NCBI GenBank assembly: GCA_028701115.1
Contig: JAQVRJ010000001.1
Span: 1 to 59,524, forward strand
Source: Clostridia bacterium
GTDB lineage: Bacteria > Bacillota > Clostridia > TANB77 > SIG350
Direction: 5' to 3'
DNA length: 59,524 nucleotides
Below the pieces are notes generated by a model. It searched no databases, was not told the DNA's origin, and worked only from the letters and a program-made list of their open reading frames with translations. Below, one piece after another: positions 58,422 through 59,524 of the stretch. How positions within the stretch are numbered: the first letter of the stretch is position 1; each line of letters begins with the position of its first letter. Both the position numbers and the translations under genes were made by a program.

Positions 58422-59524
58422 ATGGAAATATTAAAGAATAACGAATATATTGTAGATATAAGAGATATGGGAATAAATGCAGAAGGTGTTGCTAAAATTG
58501 AAGGATTTCCTATTTTTATAAAAGACGGAATAATTGATGAAAAGGTTAAGATTAAAATAATAAAAGTAAGCAAAGATTATGCTATTGGTAAAATAATCGA
58601 AATTATTGAAAAAAGCAAATATAGGGAAGAACCTTTTTGTAGCCAATATGTGAGATGTGGTGGATGCAATATGCAACATATTGAATATAAAAAACAATTA
58701 GATATAAAAATGAATCAAGTTAAAAATAGTTTTAAAAAATTTGGTTTAGATGAAAATAAAATTATAGATATAATAGGAATGGATAATCCTTATGAGTATA
58801 GAAACAAAGTACAATATCCAGTTGGCTTAGATAATAATGGTGAGCCTGTAATTGGATTCTATGCACCACGTTCACATGATATAGTTTCTAACGATATATG
58901 CAAAATTGAATATGCAGAAAGTGCAAAAATAATAAGATATATTAAGCAATATATAAAGGATAATAACATATCTATATATGATGAAATCGCTGGTAAAGGT
59001 TATTTAAAACATATAGTAATTAAAATTGGATTTAATACAAAACAAATAATGGTAATATTTGTTACTAATAATTTTAGTAATGGTTTAAAAGATTTAGAAA
59101 AAGAATTAGTTAAAAATTTCGAGCAAGTAAAAACTGTTGTACAAAATATAAACATGAGAAATAGTAATGTTATTATGGGTGACGAAAACAAAGTATTGTA
59201 TGGTAATGGATATATACAAGATAAGCTAGGTGAGTATGTATTTAATATATCTCCTAATTCATTTTATCAGGTAAACCCAGTTCAAGCAAAAGTTTTATAT
59301 GATATTGCTAAACAATATGTTGAAAGCGCTAATATATTATTTGATTTGTATTGTGGTATAGGTACAATAGGAATATATTGTAGTGATATTTCAAAAGAAG
59401 TATATGCAATTGAAATAGTTGAACAAGCAATTGAAGATGCGGAAGTAAATGCTAAAAATAATAATATAAATAATATAGAATTTTTAGTTGGTGCTGTTGA
59501 AGATAAGATAAATGATTTATATAG
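58422..59524 (+). CDS. rlmD: 23S rRNA (uracil-C5)-methyltransferase RlmD/RumA type, 3'-truncated by the window edge
   Basis: This is my own translation, since the ORF is absent from the track for lack of a stop. It shows a TRAM-like N-terminus, a Cys cluster (CSQYVRCGGCNMQH), the NSFYQVN motif and the SAM motif FDLYCGIGTIG. Confidence 0.8.
   Translation, partial: MEILKNNEYIVDIRDMGINAEGVAKIEGFPIFIKDGIIDEKVKIKIIKVSKDYAIGKIIEIIEKSKYREEPFCSQYVRCGGCNMQHIEYKKQLDIKMNQVKNSFKKFGLDENKIIDIIGMDNPYEYRNKVQYPVGLDNNGEPVIGFYAPRSHDIVSNDICKIEYAESAKIIRYIKQYIKDNNISIYDEIAGKGYLKHIVIKIGFNTKQIMVIFVTNNFSNGLKDLEKELVKNFEQVKTVVQNINMRNSNVIMGDENKVLYGNGYIQDKLGEYVFNISPNSFYQVNPVQAKVLYDIAKQYVESANILFDLYCGIGTIGIYCSDISKEVYAIEIVEQAIEDAEVNAKNNNINNIEFLVGAVEDKINDLY

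Overview
This is a very AT-rich 59.5 kb chromosomal window from a low-GC Firmicute. It is most likely an anaerobic member of class Clostridia: the RNase P RNA is type A, serS has a T-box leader, groESL has a CIRCE operator, and a rubrerythrin locus is present. Most of the window is core housekeeping. It holds dnaD-like/dnaI-like replication genes, pcrA, topA, serS, and a dcw cluster (mraZ-rsmH-ftsL-pbp-murE-mraY-ftsW-murG, with no murF or murD in the cluster). It also holds proS, def, groES-groEL, der-plsY-gpsA, rnpB, lepA, rlmB, rpmE, ftsY, a UPF0182 membrane protein and a truncated rlmD at the right edge. Several regions stand out. (1) 44.3-46.9 kb is a tandem array of four divergent paralogous genes of 156-161 aa. 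Each gene is an internal duplication of a ~75 aa module with a conserved R-H-x2-C / Y-H / F-x-E signature, and each has its own promoter and terminator. The spacers between them are internally deleted relics of the adjacent rnpB gene, and I cannot assign the protein family. (2) 2.4-5.8 kb is an orphan type IV secretion-like module (VirD4-like coupling ATPase, VirB2-like, VirB6-like and PrgI/VirB3-like proteins). No VirB4, relaxase or integrase is visible, and it abuts the dnaD promoter. (3) A 50-aa pilin-like ORF missing from the ORF track sits at 117-269. (4) A desulfoferrodoxin-like gene keeps the N-terminal Cys4 site but has lost all centre II ligands. (5) One gene is interrupted by a single in-frame TAA. 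(6) Two eukaryotic-type UDP-sugar pyrophosphorylase paralogs lie in tandem. No CRISPR array, tRNA, rRNA, transposase or integrase was seen. All calls rest on reading motifs in the ORF translations and the DNA; no database search was run.
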